Shown here: positions 62,482-64,000 of the stretch, in pieces
Numbering within the stretch: the first letter of the stretch is position 1
How the letters are laid out: each line of letters starts with the position of its first letter
DNA from: Pyrinomonadaceae bacterium
GTDB taxonomy: Bacteria; Acidobacteriota; Blastocatellia; Pyrinomonadales; Pyrinomonadaceae
Length of the DNA: 64,000 nucleotides
Reading direction: 5' to 3'
NCBI GenBank assembly: GCA_035947355.1
Contig: DASZKF010000293.1
Span: forward strand, 2,697 to 66,696
Translations under genes and position numbers: made by a program
Notes under the pieces: generated by a model
What the model saw: only the letters and a program-made list of their open reading frames with translations
The model's database searches: none
Told to the model about the DNA's origin: nothing

Positions 62482-63350
62482 CTCTACAACGCGCCATCGA
62501 GGTAGCGCAGAACGCGGGCGACTCGGAAAGTGCTGGCATGGCAGCACTGACTATCCTCGAAGAACTGGCCGAGCATCTGCCCACACGCGATCTGAGCGCG
62601 ACCTACGTCCGTGCGGCGGAGTTGCTCTCCAGCTCCGAGAATCGAGACGCTAAAGACCGCCTACTGACCGCCTCCCGCCGCGTGCTGCACCTAGTCGGCG
62701 CTCACCCGGAGCCCCCGACGTGGAAGGGCTTCAACCTGTACGACGCGGTGCTTCGCTTCGAGGCACGCTTAATCGAACGGGCACTGCGGGAGGCCGGCGG
62801 CATCGTGGCCCGGGCGGCGCAACTGCTCGGCATAGAGCGCCGGAGTCTTGACGCCATGCTGCACAAGGGGCGGCACAAGGCCCTCGCGCACCTGCGGGCG
62901 CCGGTCGAGCCGCGCCGCCGCAGCCTGATGTTCCGCGATGAGTTGGACTGCCCCGACACGCGAGCCGTCTCTATCTTGCACGTCGAAGACGACGCGACAG
63001 TGGCCGATTCGGTTCAAGTGGCTCTGGGCGACGAAGGCTGGTCGGTCGTGACGTGCCGCGAAGGGGCGGAGGCGCTGGAGAGGCTCGAAAGCGGCTCACG
63101 CTACGACGTGCTGATTTTCGATAACAGATTATCGCCGGGTGACATGGACGGCGTGGAACTGATACGGCGGACGCGCGCTCTGCCGCACAGGCAGCAGACG
63201 CCGATCATCATGCTCTCCGGTAACGCCGACGTGGAGATGTCGGCGCGGCGGGCCGGCGCCAACGCCTTCCTACGGAAGCCGGCCGACATGCCGCGCATCG
63301 CGGAGACGGTCGCGCGCCTGCTCGCCCGAAAGAAGGGAAAGGAAACATGA
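62454..63350 (+). CDS. Fis-type HTH plus C-terminal response-regulator receiver domain
   Basis: 'FEARLIERALREAGGIVARAAQLLGIERRSLDAMLHK' is a Fis HTH. Receiver features are 'ILHVEDDATV', 'YDVLIFDNRLSPGDMDGVELI', 'PIIMLSG' and 'GANAFLRKP'. The N-terminus continues a TPR-like pattern. Confidence 0.7.
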   Translation: MGSHRVARLTLQRAIEVAQNAGDSESAGMAALTILEELAEHLPTRDLSATYVRAAELLSSSENRDAKDRLLTASRRVLHLVGAHPEPPTWKGFNLYDAVLRFEARLIERALREAGGIVARAAQLLGIERRSLDAMLHKGRHKALAHLRAPVEPRRRSLMFRDELDCPDTRAVSILHVEDDATVADSVQVALGDEGWSVVTCREGAEALERLESGSRYDVLIFDNRLSPGDMDGVELIRRTRALPHRQQTPIIMLSGNADVEMSARRAGANAFLRKPADMPRIAETVARLLARKKGKET

Positions 63351-63925
63351 GAGTCTTTGCCGTCGTCCTTCTGGTCGGCCTTCTGCTCTGCGCTCCTGGT
63401 GCCGGGGCTACTGAGTCCTGCGACTGCTCCGGCCGTGCCCTCTGCGTCAAAGGGGAAGCTACCGAGGGCGTAGGCGCGGCGCTCAAGCTGCCCGTCACGC
63501 TGGAACTACGCGGCGGCACCAATCAGCAGCTCTCGGATGAACTCTCGCGCATCGCGGGCAAGCGGATCGTTGTCTCCCCGGCGAAACCCGACGAGCCTAT
63601 CAACCTCGACGTGAAAAGCGCCCCGCTGTGGGACGTGCTCGAAGCCCTCTCCCTGAGCTCGACCGTCCAGGTCGAGGGGGAGGATTTCTCGAAGCTGCAA
63701 ACAGTCCGTAAGGCTCTCGCCAGCGGTGAAAAAATCTCAGTCTGCATTAACGCCGCTCCGCTGGCGCGGGTGATACGTGAACTGTCCGGCCTGAGCGGTA
63801 AGGCCCTGCGTGTCACATCCGGAGACGAGAAGGCTTTGGTGACGCTCTCGGCCGAAGAGATTACGCTAGACGGCATCCTAACGCGCGTGTTGGAGCAGAC
63901 CGGCGCGCGAATCGCCGTGAAGTGA
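63347..63925 (+). CDS. hypothetical secreted protein with two short STN-like units
   Basis: ATGA overlap with the upstream gene. Signal peptide MRVFAVVLLVGLLLCAPGAGA. 'LDVKSAPLWDVLEALS' and 'INAAPLARVIRELSGLSG' resemble secretin/TonB short N-terminal units. Confidence 0.45.
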   Translation: MRVFAVVLLVGLLLCAPGAGATESCDCSGRALCVKGEATEGVGAALKLPVTLELRGGTNQQLSDELSRIAGKRIVVSPAKPDEPINLDVKSAPLWDVLEALSLSSTVQVEGEDFSKLQTVRKALASGEKISVCINAAPLARVIRELSGLSGKALRVTSGDEKALVTLSAEEITLDGILTRVLEQTGARIAVK

Positions 63926-64000
63926 TTGACTGGGGGCGGGTGGGCGCACCTCCCTAGGCGCCCATCCGGCGGCACGTCCAGCGCGGTGGGCGTGGGCTGT

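Overview
This is a very GC-rich bacterial chromosome segment. Its left end carries a PadR regulator next to a duplicated MacB/FtsX 'ADOP' permease, a pairing typical of Acidobacteria. All functional calls come from motif recognition by eye; no database search was run.

The window falls into three blocks and a boundary region:
- **0-11.7 kb, envelope and secreted proteins.** GT-C-like membrane protein, ADOP permease, PadR, a 1256-aa SBBP beta-propeller protein and a class-A beta-lactamase-like hydrolase.
- **11.7-25.4 kb, a tightly coupled minus-strand lipid/polyketide-type operon.** ACP, an active ketosynthase (KS) plus a catalytically dead KS/CLF-like partner, HMG-CoA reductase, a CrtI-like oxidoreductase, and an FG-GAP/ASPIC protein broken by one in-frame TGA. 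It continues with a Rossmann-acyltransferase fusion, a TlpA-like thioredoxin, a flavin-halogenase-like enzyme and a carotenoid cleavage oxygenase.
- **27-59 kb, the main item.** A sigma-54 enhancer-binding protein and a candidate sigma-54 promoter are followed by a ~30-kb plus-strand contractile-injection-system (phage-tail-like) locus in Mu/P2 gene order. The order is cap-like protein, sheath, tube, chaperone, a disordered protein in the tape-measure slot, two hub/tube-initiator paralogs, gpD, gpV, PAAR-like, gp25, baseplate J, a giant gpI-like protein and fibre-like proteins.
  - I saw no head, terminase, lysis or AAA+ assembly-ATPase genes in the window.
  - Two large paralogous HExxH proteins, each followed by a small partner gene, sit inside the baseplate block.
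- **59-64 kb, the boundary.** The locus ends at an integrase remnant and tRNA-Ser(CGA). After that come a HigBA-like toxin-antitoxin pair, lower-GC debris, and a TPR/Fis/receiver regulator that looks frameshifted.
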